A stretch of 61,724 nucleotides of DNA from Candidatus Omnitrophota bacterium (GCA_003598135.1 QZKA01000019.1:107690-169413), one strand, 5' to 3'; numbered from the stretch's first letter, positions 48,805 through 59,500 are shown. The notes: generated by a model from the sequence alone, not told the origin. Numbers and translations: made by a program.

Positions 48805-49655
48805 GTCAAACTGCCCTGTGCAAGTTTTAGTTTACAGACATGCGCTTCCTGGCTCGCGTAAATCTTATTTCTCTTGTCAAGCTCATCCCAGTCAACGAGG
48901 TGCCCCGGGAACTCCGGGCCGTCAATACAGCTGAATTTTGTTTTCCCATCGACGCTCACCCGGCAGCTTCCACACATACCGGTTGCATCAACCATAAGAG
49001 CGTTGAGAGAAACCAGTGTTTTTATATTCGCCGCTTTTGTGGCATTACTCACTGCCTTCATCATCGGCAAGGGCCCTACCGCATATACAACATTATATTT
49101 GTGTTTCGTGATAAGTTCTTTTAGTACGTCAGTAACAAACCCTTTACGGCCAAAAGAACCATTGTCCGTAGTGACATGTATCTCATCGGCAACGGCTTTT
49201 AATTCGTCAAGGAGTATTAAGAAGTCCTTTGTCCGCGCGCCCACAATGGCAGTCACCCGATTACCTATGTCTTTATACGCCTTGGCAACCGGATACGCCT
49301 CAGCAATTCCTACTCCACCGCCAATGATTATGACCTCCCCATAGCAGGCCATTTCAGTAGGAGTCCCTAGAGGCCCGGCAAGCGCATATAAAAAATCCCC
49401 TGCGACAAGCCTGCCTAGAAACGTAGTGGTCAGTCCTGCTTCTTGGAATATCAAAGTAACAGTGCCTTTTGTGGCATCACGACTGACAATGGTAAGAGGA
49501 ATGCGCTCTCCGTATTCGCTTACCATCAGCACAATAAACTGGCCGGCTTTTGCTTTTGTGGCTATCTCGGGTGCATATAACACCATACGCCTGATGCGTA
49601 CGCCTTGCGACTCGGCGAGTATGGCATGCTCTTCTATCAAGCCGTTCTTTTTCAT
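48801..49655 (-). CDS. nfnA: NfnA/SudB-type subunit (ferredoxin-NADP reductase-like FAD/NAD-binding protein with a C-terminal [2Fe-2S])
   Basis: 284 aa. RIPLTI FAD motif, IIGGGVGIA, and C-terminal MVDATGMCGSCRV. Confidence 0.75.
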   Translation of the reverse strand: MKKNGLIEEHAILAESQGVRIRRMVLYAPEIATKAKAGQFIVLMVSEYGERIPLTIVSRDATKGTVTLIFQEAGLTTTFLGRLVAGDFLYALAGPLGTPTEMACYGEVIIIGGGVGIAEAYPVAKAYKDIGNRVTAIVGARTKDFLILLDELKAVADEIHVTTDNGSFGRKGFVTDVLKELITKHKYNVVYAVGPLPMMKAVSNATKAANIKTLVSLNALMVDATGMCGSCRVSVDGKTKFSCIDGPEFPGHLVDWDELDKRNKIYASQEAHVCKLKLAQGSLT

Positions 49656-49664
49656 AAATGATAC

Positions 49665-51341
49665 TCAATATGAATAGGCATTAAGTACATATTGCTGGAC
49701 CATGCGGTGTGTATTAAAAAAAGAGGCGTTAATCGCAATAGAGTGCCGCATGATATCGATCCAGTGGGTACGATTAGTATAGTAAGAAGGGATGATGACC
49801 TTTTCTAATTTTTCGTAAAGAAAACGCGCATCCTGTTCATCATTGCTCTCTGCGTCTTCTGCCGAGCCTATCGACCATCCGGTAAAATCCTCAATGCAGC
49901 CCTCGATCCACCAACCGTCTAGAATGCTTAAGCTAGGCACTCCGTTATGGGCAGCCTTCATTCCGGAACTGCCAGAAGCCTCTTTGGGCTTACGAGGCGT
50001 GTTGAGCCATAAATCAACCCCAGAAATAAGCATTTTCGCAAGTTCCATATCGTAATTTTTTAGGTAGGCAATCTTGACGTGGTCTTTTAAAGAGGCTGAC
50101 ATTGCATAAATCTTCTTTATCAGCTCTTTGCCGGGCCAATCGCGAGGATGGGCTTTCCCTGAAAAAATAAACTGGAGTTTCCCTGTTTGCTGCGCAATTG
50201 TTTTTAAGCGGTCAATATCGTAGAAAACCAAGTCCGCTCTTTTGTATGCGGTTGCGCGACGGGCAAAACCAATAGTCATAACATCAAGATCCATCTGTGC
50301 GTCGGTATGCGCATTCACGTATTCTATCAGTGTCCTTTTTGCCTCTACATGCGCCTGCCATACCGCTTCCCTGGGGATACTTAAGGCATAGCGTAAACTA
50401 AAGGGGTCGTGTTGCCAGCCGCTGATGCGCGCATCGAAGAGTTTCGTAAAACTATCACCTACCCAAGTAAGCGAGTGCACGCCATTGGTAATCGAGTCGA
50501 TATGATAGCCGGGGAACATTTCCTGAGAAACCTCCCCGTGTTTCTTAGCCACGCCATTTACGTAGTGGCTTAAGTTCAACGCCAAGAGCGTCATATTAAG
50601 CCTTTCTTCACCGCCATACTTCTTCAGGACATCTAAGGGGATATAGTCATTAAGGAGGCCATGGACAAGGTCGTAAGAAAATTTATCGTGTCCGGCAGGT
50701 ACAGGGGTATGGGTGGTAAAGGCGCACATCCGTTTTACGCCATCCACGTCCCAATGCGATCCTTCTTTTGTCCTTTGAGCAAGAAGCTCAAGGGTCAGGA
50801 GGCTGGCGTGGCCCTCGTTCATATGATACCTGCTGATGCGGTGATAGTTCAGCTCCTTAAGCATCCTCACTCCCCCTATCCCCAAAATAATCTCCTGGGC
50901 GAGCCTGTGTTTCTCATCCCCTCCATAAAGGTAATAAGAGAGGCTGCGGTCATATTCGCTGTTCTCGGCAAGGTCTGTATCCAAAAAAATGATGGGGATG
51001 CGGTAACCACCTATGCCCTGGACCATATACTGCCACGCCTGCACCACAACTGTCCTGCCCTCAATTTTCACCTGTATCTTTGCGGCAAGTGGCCTTAAGA
51101 AATCGGAAGGCTCCCAAAGACAGGCAGATTCTTTCTGGTTGCCTTGTGCATCAAGGGCCTGGTCAAAATATCCTTTTTTGTAAAGGAGCGTCACCGCCAC
51201 TAAAGGGACTTTCAGGTCTGCGCATGATTTTATGGTATCCCCTGCCAATATACCCAGGCCTCCGCTATAGGTAGGGACTTTGGAATCAAAACCTATCTCC
51301 ATCGAGAAATAAGCTATTCTGCGCTCTATCTTAATCACCAA
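49665..51341 (-). CDS. glgP: Alpha-glucan (glycogen/maltodextrin) phosphorylase, short GT35 type
   Basis: 558 aa. YFSMEIG...GGLGILAGD N-terminus and the EASGSSGMKAAHNG PLP-lysine motif. The start codon is uncertain: TTG at 51341 or GTG at 51338, after GGAGGA. Confidence 0.85.
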   Translation of the reverse strand: MVIKIERRIAYFSMEIGFDSKVPTYSGGLGILAGDTIKSCADLKVPLVAVTLLYKKGYFDQALDAQGNQKESACLWEPSDFLRPLAAKIQVKIEGRTVVVQAWQYMVQGIGGYRIPIIFLDTDLAENSEYDRSLSYYLYGGDEKHRLAQEIILGIGGVRMLKELNYHRISRYHMNEGHASLLTLELLAQRTKEGSHWDVDGVKRMCAFTTHTPVPAGHDKFSYDLVHGLLNDYIPLDVLKKYGGEERLNMTLLALNLSHYVNGVAKKHGEVSQEMFPGYHIDSITNGVHSLTWVGDSFTKLFDARISGWQHDPFSLRYALSIPREAVWQAHVEAKRTLIEYVNAHTDAQMDLDVMTIGFARRATAYKRADLVFYDIDRLKTIAQQTGKLQFIFSGKAHPRDWPGKELIKKIYAMSASLKDHVKIAYLKNYDMELAKMLISGVDLWLNTPRKPKEASGSSGMKAAHNGVPSLSILDGWWIEGCIEDFTGWSIGSAEDAESNDEQDARFLYEKLEKVIIPSYYTNRTHWIDIMRHSIAINASFFNTHRMVQQYVLNAYSY

Positions 51342-51450
51342 TCCTCCATTAATTGTAAAAGGGGATTATAGCTAAGAAAGTCTTATTATACCTTTGATTT
51401 CTGTAATCGTAAATAAAAATTATAGGCAGGATGAGAAACAGAACCTGTAA

Positions 51451-52908
51451 TTAGCAAGTGTGGGTAGGCGCAAGGGATGGTACGCCCATGAGGTACTTAT
51501 CGATGCAATAAGCGGCGTTTCTGCCTTCTGCAATTGCCCAGACTACAAGCGACTGGCCTCTACGCACATCTCCAGCAGCAAAAATACCTTTCTGCGATGT
51601 CACATAAGAAGAATCGGTTTTTACGTTCCCGCGGTTATCCAATGCAAGCTGCAGCTTCTTTAATAATTCCTGTTCCGGCTGTAGAAAACCCATTGCCAGA
51701 ATCACCAGGTCAGCCTCAATCTCAAATTCGCTGCCCGGTATCTCCTGCATCAGAGGACAATGAGCTTGTCCTTGCAGGCTGAAATCAACTTTCACACAGG
51801 AAAGTTTCTCAACACAGCCATTTTTGCCGATGAAGCGCTTTGTCATCACCGACCATTGGCGTTCACCGCCTTCTTCATGACTGGTTGAAGTTTTAAGCAA
51901 GAAAGGGTGTTTCGGCCACTGCATACTTTCGGTACGACAAGAAGGCGGTTGAGGTAATAGCTCTATCTGTATGACGCAACGGGCTCCTTGTCGGTTCGCA
52001 ACACCGACACAGTCAGCGCCAGTATCGCCGCCTCCAATAACCACCACGCGCCGGCCTTTTGCGTGCAGTAAGTTGTCATCGGTGATTTTTTCACCAGAAA
52101 CGATTTTATTTGCCTGAATAAGATAATCTATGGCAAAGTGTATTCCTCGAAAAGCCCTCCCTTCGATGCACATATCCCTAGGTACGCGACATCCTCCGGC
52201 AAGACAAAGCGCATCAAACTCGACCTTTAATGCTTCAATGCTTAAATCCCTGCCCACATATGTATTCGCCCTGAATTCAATCCCTTCCTCGGCCCAAACC
52301 CGAAGCCTCCTGTCCAATATGCTTTTCTCCAGCTTAAAATCCGGTATGCCGTAACGTAAGATCCCACCAATTTTAGAGTCGCGTTCAAAAACTACCACCC
52401 TGTGTCCAGCGCTATTAAGCTGATCTGCGCAGGAAAGGCCGGCAGGGCCTGAACCTATTATTGCAACCTTCTTGCCGGTACGCTTCTGGGACGGCTGTGC
52501 ACATAAGAATCCTTTTGCATAGCCATATTCTGCAATGGCCAATTCGTTTTCCCTGACAGTCACAGGGTCGTCATTGATTCCCAATACACAGGCATATTCG
52601 CAAGGTGCGGGGCATACCCTGCCCGTGATTTCAGGAAGGTTATTTGTCGCCTCAAGCAAACGCCAGGCATTCTCCCATTTATCTGCACAGACATAGTTAT
52701 TCCATTCGGGTATATAATTCCCGAGGGGGCAGCCCCAGTTACAAAAAGGAGTGCCGCAATCCATGCACCGCGATGCCTGCGCAAGCGATTGTTCTTCGTT
52801 GCGTTGGCAATACACCTCCTTAAAATCCTCCAACCGTTCGCATACAGGCCGGTACAGCGTATCTTTTCGTTTATGTGTTAAGAACCCTCTAGCGTCTCCC
52901 ATGTCCAC
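51451..52908 (-). CDS. gltD: Glutamate synthase small subunit
   Basis: 485 aa. Cys clusters CMDCGTPFC and CPAPCE, and the VAIIGSGPAG and VIGGGDTGADC folds. Directly follows gltB. Confidence 0.92.
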   Translation of the reverse strand: MDMGDARGFLTHKRKDTLYRPVCERLEDFKEVYCQRNEEQSLAQASRCMDCGTPFCNWGCPLGNYIPEWNNYVCADKWENAWRLLEATNNLPEITGRVCPAPCEYACVLGINDDPVTVRENELAIAEYGYAKGFLCAQPSQKRTGKKVAIIGSGPAGLSCADQLNSAGHRVVVFERDSKIGGILRYGIPDFKLEKSILDRRLRVWAEEGIEFRANTYVGRDLSIEALKVEFDALCLAGGCRVPRDMCIEGRAFRGIHFAIDYLIQANKIVSGEKITDDNLLHAKGRRVVVIGGGDTGADCVGVANRQGARCVIQIELLPQPPSCRTESMQWPKHPFLLKTSTSHEEGGERQWSVMTKRFIGKNGCVEKLSCVKVDFSLQGQAHCPLMQEIPGSEFEIEADLVILAMGFLQPEQELLKKLQLALDNRGNVKTDSSYVTSQKGIFAAGDVRRGQSLVVWAIAEGRNAAYCIDKYLMGVPSLAPTHTC

Positions 52909-52920
52909 CTTCTTTGCGTG

Positions 52921-55900
52921 TTATCCGTCTGAAATCTCTGCGAATGCAGCATGCGTCTTGGCTGTACCTAGTCCTAAAACTCGCTTATACTCAAAAGGCA
53001 TCACTTTCACAAAATACTCTATTTCCTTGCTGAAAGCCTCAACGATGGCTTTGGCGAGCGTACTTTTTGTAAAACGCGCATGATTACCAAGGAGACGCGC
53101 GACCAATTCTTTATCCTGTATATCAAGCGTTTCTAACTCAGCCATATCCAGATTACACAGCTGCCGAAATCGGCGGTAAGGATCATACACATAGGCAATG
53201 CCCCCAGACATGCCTGCCGCAAAATTCCTGCCTGTATTGCCTAAAACAACTACCCTACCCCCGGTCATGTACTCGCAGCCATGGTCCCCCACCCCTTCAA
53301 CCACGGCAAAAAGTCCGGAATTTCTAATACAGAACCTTTCGCCGGCACGCCCGCGGATATAGGCCTCACCGGTGATAGCGCCGTAAAAACTGGTATTACC
53401 AACAATCACGTTGTTTTCTGGGACGTACCCACAGTTGCGGTCAGGATAAATAATAATTCTTCCTCCGGATATCCCCTTACCCACATAGTCATTTGCCATG
53501 CCTTCGAGCTCAAAAGTAATCCCCTTTGCAAGCCATGCCCCAAAACTCTGGCCGGCAATTCCGCGAAATTTACAATAAATACTATTATCCTCCAAGCCCT
53601 CTTCACCAAACATTTTGCATACCTGGCCGCTCAGCATTGCGCCGGTGGCACGGTCCGTGTTACGTATAGGCAGCTCTATCGTAACTGACTTCTTTCTTGA
53701 AAGGACTTCACGGCTTGCCTCTATAAGCTGTATATCTAGCACCTTATCAATACCATGCTCCTGGCGTTCTGTACAATAGAGCGCTTGCCCTGAGGAAAAA
53801 TCTGGTTTATATAAAATTCTTGAATAGTCGATTGTGGTTGCCTTCCAGGGGAGCATCGCCTGATTTAATTCAAGAAGGTCGGTCCTGCCGACAAGCTCAT
53901 CTACGGTCCTTGTGCCCAGCTGTGCCATAATCCCCCGAAGTTCTTCAGCAACAAAACGAAAATAGTTTATTATATACTCTGGTTTACCTGCAAATCGCCG
54001 TTCTAGTATTTCGTCTTGGGTCGCAATACCAACTGAACAGTTATTGAGGTGGCAATGCCGCAACATTACACAGCCAAGAACAATCAACACAGAAGTAGAG
54101 AAGCCGAATTCCTCAGCACCCAACATTGCTGCGATCGCCACATCCCTGCCTGTGCGTATTTGGCCATCAGTCTGCAGGCGTACCCGATTGCGCAAATTAT
54201 TCAATACCAGCGTCTGGTGGGCCTCTGAAAGCCCTAATTCCCACGGTAGTCCTGCGTTCCTGATAGAGCTAAGCGGCGATGCCCCGGTTCCTCCGTCACC
54301 CCCGGAAATCAGTATCATGTCGGCATGGCCTTTGGCAACCCCGGCAGCTATGGTGCCTACGCCGATTTCAGAAACAAGCTTAACGCTTATTCTGGCAGAC
54401 GGATTGGTATTCTTCAGGTCGAATATCAACTGCGCTAAATCTTCAATGGAATAAATGTCATGATGCGGCGGGGGGGAAATCAGAGTAACCCCGGGCGTCG
54501 TATAGCGGGTTTTCGCGATAGTAACGCTTACCTTGTGCCCGGGAAGCTGCCCGCCCTCTCCTGGTTTTGCGCCCTGGGCAATCTTTATCTGCAGTTCGTC
54601 TGCATTCACGAGATAATTAGTGGTCACTCCGAATCTTCCGGAAGCAACTTGTTTTATCGCGCTCCTTGCAGAAACGCCGCTGGGAAGCGGGGCAAAACGA
54701 ATAGGGTCTTCTCCTCCTTCTCCCGTATTAGATTTTCCTCCGATTTGGTTCATGGCTATTGCAATGGTCTCATGCGTAGCCCTGCTAATAGACCCAAAAC
54801 TCATTGCGCCCGTCACAAACCTACGCGCTATCACCTCAAAAGGCTCGACCTCTTCAAGAGGCACCGGTCGTGTCTTTTTAAATTTGAACAGACTACGTAG
54901 GGTAACAGGGTTCTTCTCCTGGTTATTAATAAAAAAAATAAAATCTTTGTATCTTCCATAGTCGTTCGCCCGGGCTGCGTCCTGCAAAGACGCGATTGAA
55001 TCCGGGTTCCAAAGATGAAACTCGCCGTCTTTTCTCCATTGGTAAAGGCCGCTGTGCGGTAATAAGCCCGGCTGGATATTCTGCCTCCTGTAGGCCTGTT
55101 CGTGCCTAATGACTGTTTCGCGGGCAATGGTCTTAAAATTCGCCCCTCCAATCCTGGATACCGTTCCTGGGAAAGAACATTCAATTACCTCTTGATGCAG
55201 ACCCAGTGCTTCGAAAATCTGCGCTCCCCGGTAACTCTGTAACGTAGAAATGCCCATCTTCGCAAGTATCTTAAGGATCCCTTTAGCCACTGCCTTTCTG
55301 TAATTGTCTCTGGCCGTCAGGAAGTCAACTGAAAGATCCCCTTCTTCGCAAAGAGACGCAATGACTTCGTATGCCAGATATGGGTTGACACAATCAACTC
55401 CGTAGCCAAATAACAGCGCAAAGTGGTGTACCTCGCGCGGCTCAGCGCTTTCCATAAGTATGCTGACTTGTGTCCTTAGGGCCTTCTTTATTAAATGGTG
55501 GTGAAGGGTTGCTATTGCAAGAAGTGCAGGCAATGCCGAAAATTTTTCATTCGTACCGCGGTCACTCAACACAAGCAAAGTATGCCCTGCCCTAATCGCA
55601 GATTCCGCTTCCTTACAAATAGTATTGAGCCTTTTTAAGAAATCGTTTTCCTCTCTTGTGTTAAAAAGAATGGAAATGGTCTTTGCCTTAAAGCCTTTTG
55701 CTTTAATTGATTGTATGGCACTTAATTCTCCATTGGTAAGGATCGGCTCATCCACTTTAAGCTTGCGGCAATGCTCAGGGTTTTCGTCGAGTATGTTCTT
55801 ATCCGGGCCAAGGTATGCGTGGAGACTCATCACCAATTCTTCTCGGATAGAATCCACCGCAGGATTGGTAACTTGGGCGAACAACTGTTTAAAATACGCA

Positions 55901-57453
55901 TAGAGAAGCTGAGGCCTCAGAGACAATACTGCATGCGGCACGTCGTTACCCATAGAGCCTATCGGCTCTTGGCCCTGCTCAGCCATAGGCTTAATAACCA
56001 TCTTCATATCTTCCCTGGTATATCCGAACGAAGATAAAAGAAGTTTGTCTGCGGGCCGTATACGCTCAGAAGCTTCCCGCCTCATAGGTATGGTTTCAAG
56101 ATGCACTATTTTCTCTTTAGTCCAAGCATGATAGGGCTTACTTCTTGCAATGTTTTCTTTAATCCTCTCGTCATCAACGATCAACCCCAGTATTGTATCG
56201 ATAAAGAATATTTTTCCCGGCTCCAGGCGACCCGAGGCAATAATTTCTTGCGCAGGGATATCCAAAACTCCCGCCTCAGAAGACATCACTACAAGATCGT
56301 CTTTCGTCAGGAGGTACCGCGCAGGACGCAGCCCATTGCGATCCAGCACCGCTCCGATTCTTATGCCGTCTGTAAACGCAATGGCTGCGGGCCCATCCCA
56401 CGGCTCCATGACACAGGAATGATATTCATAGAATCCCCTCAGCTCTTTGGAGAGAAAACGGTTCTCCTGCCATGCTGCAGGGATAAGCATCATCATTGCA
56501 TGGGCGATGTCCCTGCCTCCCAACACAAGTAGCTCAAAGACATTGTCAAGCGTGGCCGAATCGCTGCCTCCCGGTACGATTACTGGGAAGGTACTCTTTA
56601 AGTCTTTACCGAATGCCTCGCTACGCAAGAGCCCTTCTCTGGCGTGCATCCAATTAATATTACCGCGAAGCGTATTTATCTCGCCGTTGTGCGCAAGGAA
56701 CCTGAAAGGCTGCGCCAGATCCCAGGCAGGAAAGGTATTGGTGCTGTAACGCGAATGTACCAAACATAAGGAACTTTTTAGCTGTTCGTTTCCCAGGTCT
56801 TTGAAAAATGTCTTAAGTTGGCCGGGCATTAACAATCCCTTATAAGAAAAGGTACGGCAGGAAAGGTTGGTAATATAAAAAAACGACTGTTGGCTAAGGC
56901 CAGCGCGCCTTACCGTGTTCTCTATTCTTTTTCTGATAACATACAACACCCTTTCAAAAGAAAGGTCGGTTGCCAGCTTCCTGTTTCTGCCGATAAAAAC
57001 CTGTTCTATAACCGGCTCAGTTTCTCTTGCGGTATTTCCGATTTCCGTATTATCAACGGGGACACTGCGCCATCCTAAAAGTACCTGCCTTTTATTTGTA
57101 ACGGCTTTTAAAAAAACACGCTTACAGAAATCCCGTTCTTTCCTATCGCGCGGCAAAAACACCAGCCCGCTACCATAGTAACCCTTGCCGGGAAGGCGTA
57201 TCTGCGCTTCTGCGGCAACTTCGCTAAAAAATTCGTGCGGCATCTGAATCAATATTCCTGCCCCGTCTCCTGTGTTGGGGTCTGCGCCGGTTGCCCCGCG
57301 GTGCGAGAGGCGCAAAAGCACCTGAAGGCCCTGCTGGACAATCTGATTGCTTTCCCTGCCCTTCACGTCGCAGACAAAGCCTACCCCGCAGGCATCATGT
57401 TCAAAACGCCCGTCGTAGAGCCCGTATATCTGTGCGTGCGTTCTCTTATCCAT
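52921..57453 (-). CDS. gltB: Glutamate synthase large subunit
   Basis: 1510 aa. N-terminal Ntn amidotransferase region ...HDACGVGFV, an FMN/3Fe-4S central domain, and a C-terminal GXGXG beta-helix domain. Confidence 0.97.
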   Translation of the reverse strand: MDKRTHAQIYGLYDGRFEHDACGVGFVCDVKGRESNQIVQQGLQVLLRLSHRGATGADPNTGDGAGILIQMPHEFFSEVAAEAQIRLPGKGYYGSGLVFLPRDRKERDFCKRVFLKAVTNKRQVLLGWRSVPVDNTEIGNTARETEPVIEQVFIGRNRKLATDLSFERVLYVIRKRIENTVRRAGLSQQSFFYITNLSCRTFSYKGLLMPGQLKTFFKDLGNEQLKSSLCLVHSRYSTNTFPAWDLAQPFRFLAHNGEINTLRGNINWMHAREGLLRSEAFGKDLKSTFPVIVPGGSDSATLDNVFELLVLGGRDIAHAMMMLIPAAWQENRFLSKELRGFYEYHSCVMEPWDGPAAIAFTDGIRIGAVLDRNGLRPARYLLTKDDLVVMSSEAGVLDIPAQEIIASGRLEPGKIFFIDTILGLIVDDERIKENIARSKPYHAWTKEKIVHLETIPMRREASERIRPADKLLLSSFGYTREDMKMVIKPMAEQGQEPIGSMGNDVPHAVLSLRPQLLYAYFKQLFAQVTNPAVDSIREELVMSLHAYLGPDKNILDENPEHCRKLKVDEPILTNGELSAIQSIKAKGFKAKTISILFNTREENDFLKRLNTICKEAESAIRAGHTLLVLSDRGTNEKFSALPALLAIATLHHHLIKKALRTQVSILMESAEPREVHHFALLFGYGVDCVNPYLAYEVIASLCEEGDLSVDFLTARDNYRKAVAKGILKILAKMGISTLQSYRGAQIFEALGLHQEVIECSFPGTVSRIGGANFKTIARETVIRHEQAYRRQNIQPGLLPHSGLYQWRKDGEFHLWNPDSIASLQDAARANDYGRYKDFIFFINNQEKNPVTLRSLFKFKKTRPVPLEEVEPFEVIARRFVTGAMSFGSISRATHETIAIAMNQIGGKSNTGEGGEDPIRFAPLPSGVSARSAIKQVASGRFGVTTNYLVNADELQIKIAQGAKPGEGGQLPGHKVSVTIAKTRYTTPGVTLISPPPHHDIYSIEDLAQLIFDLKNTNPSARISVKLVSEIGVGTIAAGVAKGHADMILISGGDGGTGASPLSSIRNAGLPWELGLSEAHQTLVLNNLRNRVRLQTDGQIRTGRDVAIAAMLGAEEFGFSTSVLIVLGCVMLRHCHLNNCSVGIATQDEILERRFAGKPEYIINYFRFVAEELRGIMAQLGTRTVDELVGRTDLLELNQAMLPWKATTIDYSRILYKPDFSSGQALYCTERQEHGIDKVLDIQLIEASREVLSRKKSVTIELPIRNTDRATGAMLSGQVCKMFGEEGLEDNSIYCKFRGIAGQSFGAWLAKGITFELEGMANDYVGKGISGGRIIIYPDRNCGYVPENNVIVGNTSFYGAITGEAYIRGRAGERFCIRNSGLFAVVEGVGDHGCEYMTGGRVVVLGNTGRNFAAGMSGGIAYVYDPYRRFRQLCNLDMAELETLDIQDKELVARLLGNHARFTKSTLAKAIVEAFSKEIEYFVKVMPFEYKRVLGLGTAKTHAAFAEISDG

Positions 57454-57688
57454 GGCCTAACCTGTATTTTTCGATTTGAATGCCCAGTTTTTTAATCTTG
57501 GAACGCATCGTGTTACGGTTAATACCCAAAATCTTCGCTGCCCGTAACTGATTGCCTGCGGTACGTGTAAGTATATGTTCGAACAAGGGCTTTTCCACCT
57601 TCTCCAGGACCAGCCTGTAGAGGTGCCCGCTTTTATCTCCGAGAAGCAAATTCCCAAGCTGTGTGATGCTTGTTTCCAAAGACATCAT
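57446..57688 (-). CDS. Small Fis-family HTH DNA-binding protein
   Basis: 80 aa. LYRLVLEKVEKPLFEHILTRTAGNQLRAAKILGINRNTMRSKIKKLGI parallels E. coli Fis [48 protein letters not shown]. The stop overlaps the gltB start by 8 nt. Confidence 0.8.
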   Translation of the reverse strand: MMSLETSITQLGNLLLGDKSGHLYRLVLEKVEKPLFEHILTRTAGNQLRAAKILGINRNTMRSKIKKLGIQIEKYRLGHG

Positions 57689-57787
57689 GGTGCCAATATC
57701 CTCTTACTCGTCTCTGTACCCCTGCGGGTTACCATAACCGGGATTTTTCTGTTCCATCGGGCTGCCTAAAATTTAATCAGTAGCGTT

Positions 57788-57822
57788 TCAAAAATGTGCG
57801 GGCTTTCTCTATGCCCGCACAT
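57788..57822 (-). terminator. Intrinsic terminator after glnA
   Basis: ATGTGCGGGC (57794-57803) pairs with GCCCGCACAT (57813-57822), a 10-bp stem with a 9-nt loop. TTTTTG follows on the minus strand. Confidence 0.75.
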
Positions 57823-57835
57823 GACTGCGTATTAC

Positions 57836-59338
57836 TTAGATATCGAAATAAAGGTAAAACTCATAGGGATGCGGGCGCATCCTTACCGGGTCTATTTCCC
57901 TTTTACGCTTAAACTCAAGCCAGATATCAATGACATCTTTGGTAAACACCCCTCCTTGCAGCAAATATTCGTGATCCGCTTCCAAGGCGTCTATTGCCCG
58001 GCGAAGCGATGAAGGAACGGTAGCTATCTTTCTGAGTTCTTCTTCGTTCAATTCAAAAAGGTCGATATCCAACGGCTCGCCCGGGTCAATCTTACGCCGT
58101 ATGCCGTCAAGGCCTGCCATCAGCATTGCGCTAAACGCCAGATAACCGTTGCATGAAGGGTCAGGCGGCCTAAATTCTATTCTTTTGGATTTGGGACTGT
58201 CTGAATACATAGGAATCCTCACCGCGGCAGAGCGGTTGCGTGCAGAATACACCAGGTTTACGGGAGCCTCATATCCCGGCACCAATCTTTTGTAAGAATT
58301 GGTGGTCGGCGCACAAAACGCCATAAGGCTGTTGGCGTGCGTAAGGAGCCCGCCGATATAGTATTTGGCTGTCTGCGACAATAAGGCATACCCTTTCTTG
58401 TCATAAAAAAGGTTGACTCCGTTCTTCCATAAGCTCTGATGGCAATGCATGCCTGAACCATTGTCGGCAAACAGCGGTTTGGGCATAAAAGTAGCTACCA
58501 TTCCGTTTTTTTTCGCCATATTCTTGATGATGTACTTATAAAGCAGCAGGTCGTCTCCCATCTTGGTCAGGTTGTCAAACTTCATGTCAATTTCACATTG
58601 GCCCGCAGTAGCCACTTCATGATGGTGCACCTCAACATTAATGCCTGACTCCTTCATTTTTAGGATCATCCTGCTCCTTAAATCCTGTATAGAATCGTGC
58701 GGCGGAACGGGAAAATACCCCTCTTTAAAGCGGATCTTATATCCTAAGTTCGGATTTTCATCCCGTCCGGTATTCCAGTCTGCCTCGGCGGAATCGATAA
58801 AATAATAACCGGAGTTCTCTGTTTGGTCGAAGCGGATACTGTTAAACAGAAAGAATTCTGCTTCGGGGCCAAAATACACATTATCCGCGATGCCCGACTC
58901 TTTGAGGTATCTTTCCGCTTTTTTGGCGATATAGCGAGGATCGCGGGTATAGGGTTTACGGGTAAGCGGGTCATAAATATCGCAGATGAGGCTTAAGGTA
59001 GGGACTTCGCACACAGGATCTACTATCGCGGTTAGAGGGTCGGGAATCAAAATCATATCTGACTCCTGAATCTTCTGGAACCCGCGGATTGATGATCCGT
59101 CAAAACCAATGCCATCCACCCAAATCGAACGCACAATATCGTCCATTTCCAGAAGCTCTGAAGCGGGTATGGAAAAATGCTGCCAGAGACCGGGCAGGTC
59201 GTTGAATTTAAGGTCGACGATCTGGATATTCTTTTCTTTTACCATCTTAACGACATCCCTGGCTGCCTTTTCATCAAAAGAGCCGTTGACGAGCGGATTC
59301 TTCGTTTTGATTTCCTTGATTGTTTTTTTCTTGGCCAT
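57836..59338 (-). CDS. glnA: Glutamine synthetase, type I
   Basis: 500 aa. [25 protein letters not shown] and [13 protein letters not shown] motifs. Confidence 0.95.
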   Translation of the reverse strand: MAKKKTIKEIKTKNPLVNGSFDEKAARDVVKMVKEKNIQIVDLKFNDLPGLWQHFSIPASELLEMDDIVRSIWVDGIGFDGSSIRGFQKIQESDMILIPDPLTAIVDPVCEVPTLSLICDIYDPLTRKPYTRDPRYIAKKAERYLKESGIADNVYFGPEAEFFLFNSIRFDQTENSGYYFIDSAEADWNTGRDENPNLGYKIRFKEGYFPVPPHDSIQDLRSRMILKMKESGINVEVHHHEVATAGQCEIDMKFDNLTKMGDDLLLYKYIIKNMAKKNGMVATFMPKPLFADNGSGMHCHQSLWKNGVNLFYDKKGYALLSQTAKYYIGGLLTHANSLMAFCAPTTNSYKRLVPGYEAPVNLVYSARNRSAAVRIPMYSDSPKSKRIEFRPPDPSCNGYLAFSAMLMAGLDGIRRKIDPGEPLDIDLFELNEEELRKIATVPSSLRRAIDALEADHEYLLQGGVFTKDVIDIWLEFKRKREIDPVRMRPHPYEFYLYFDI

Positions 59339-59360
59339 GCCTTCCTCCTTAGACGAGTAA

Positions 59361-59392
59361 ATAAAAAGGGTGTTCTTTCTTCAAGAACACCC
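59361..59392 (-). terminator. Intrinsic terminator hairpin between glnK and glnA
   Basis: Minus strand reads GGGTGTTCTT-GAAGA-AAGAACACCC followed by TTTTTATTT. It ends about 22 nt before the glnA ATG, with SD AAGGAGG in between. Confidence 0.7.
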
Positions 59393-59500
59393 CTGTTCTT
59401 TTCTTAAATATACCTACCTATGGTGCACTACGATGTGCCTATATTTTAAGCATCACTTATACAAGTAAAATCAAGCGGTTTTTGGTAACCCTTCTTTACG

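Noticed and set aside
59424-59439. A sigma54 (-24/-12) promoter upstream of glnA (GGCACATCGTAGTGCA).
   Set aside because: The GG-to-GC spacing is one nucleotide longer than the essentially invariant consensus, and no rpoN or NtrC-type activator is visible in the window. I keep it only as a weak note within the glnK-glnA spacer finding.
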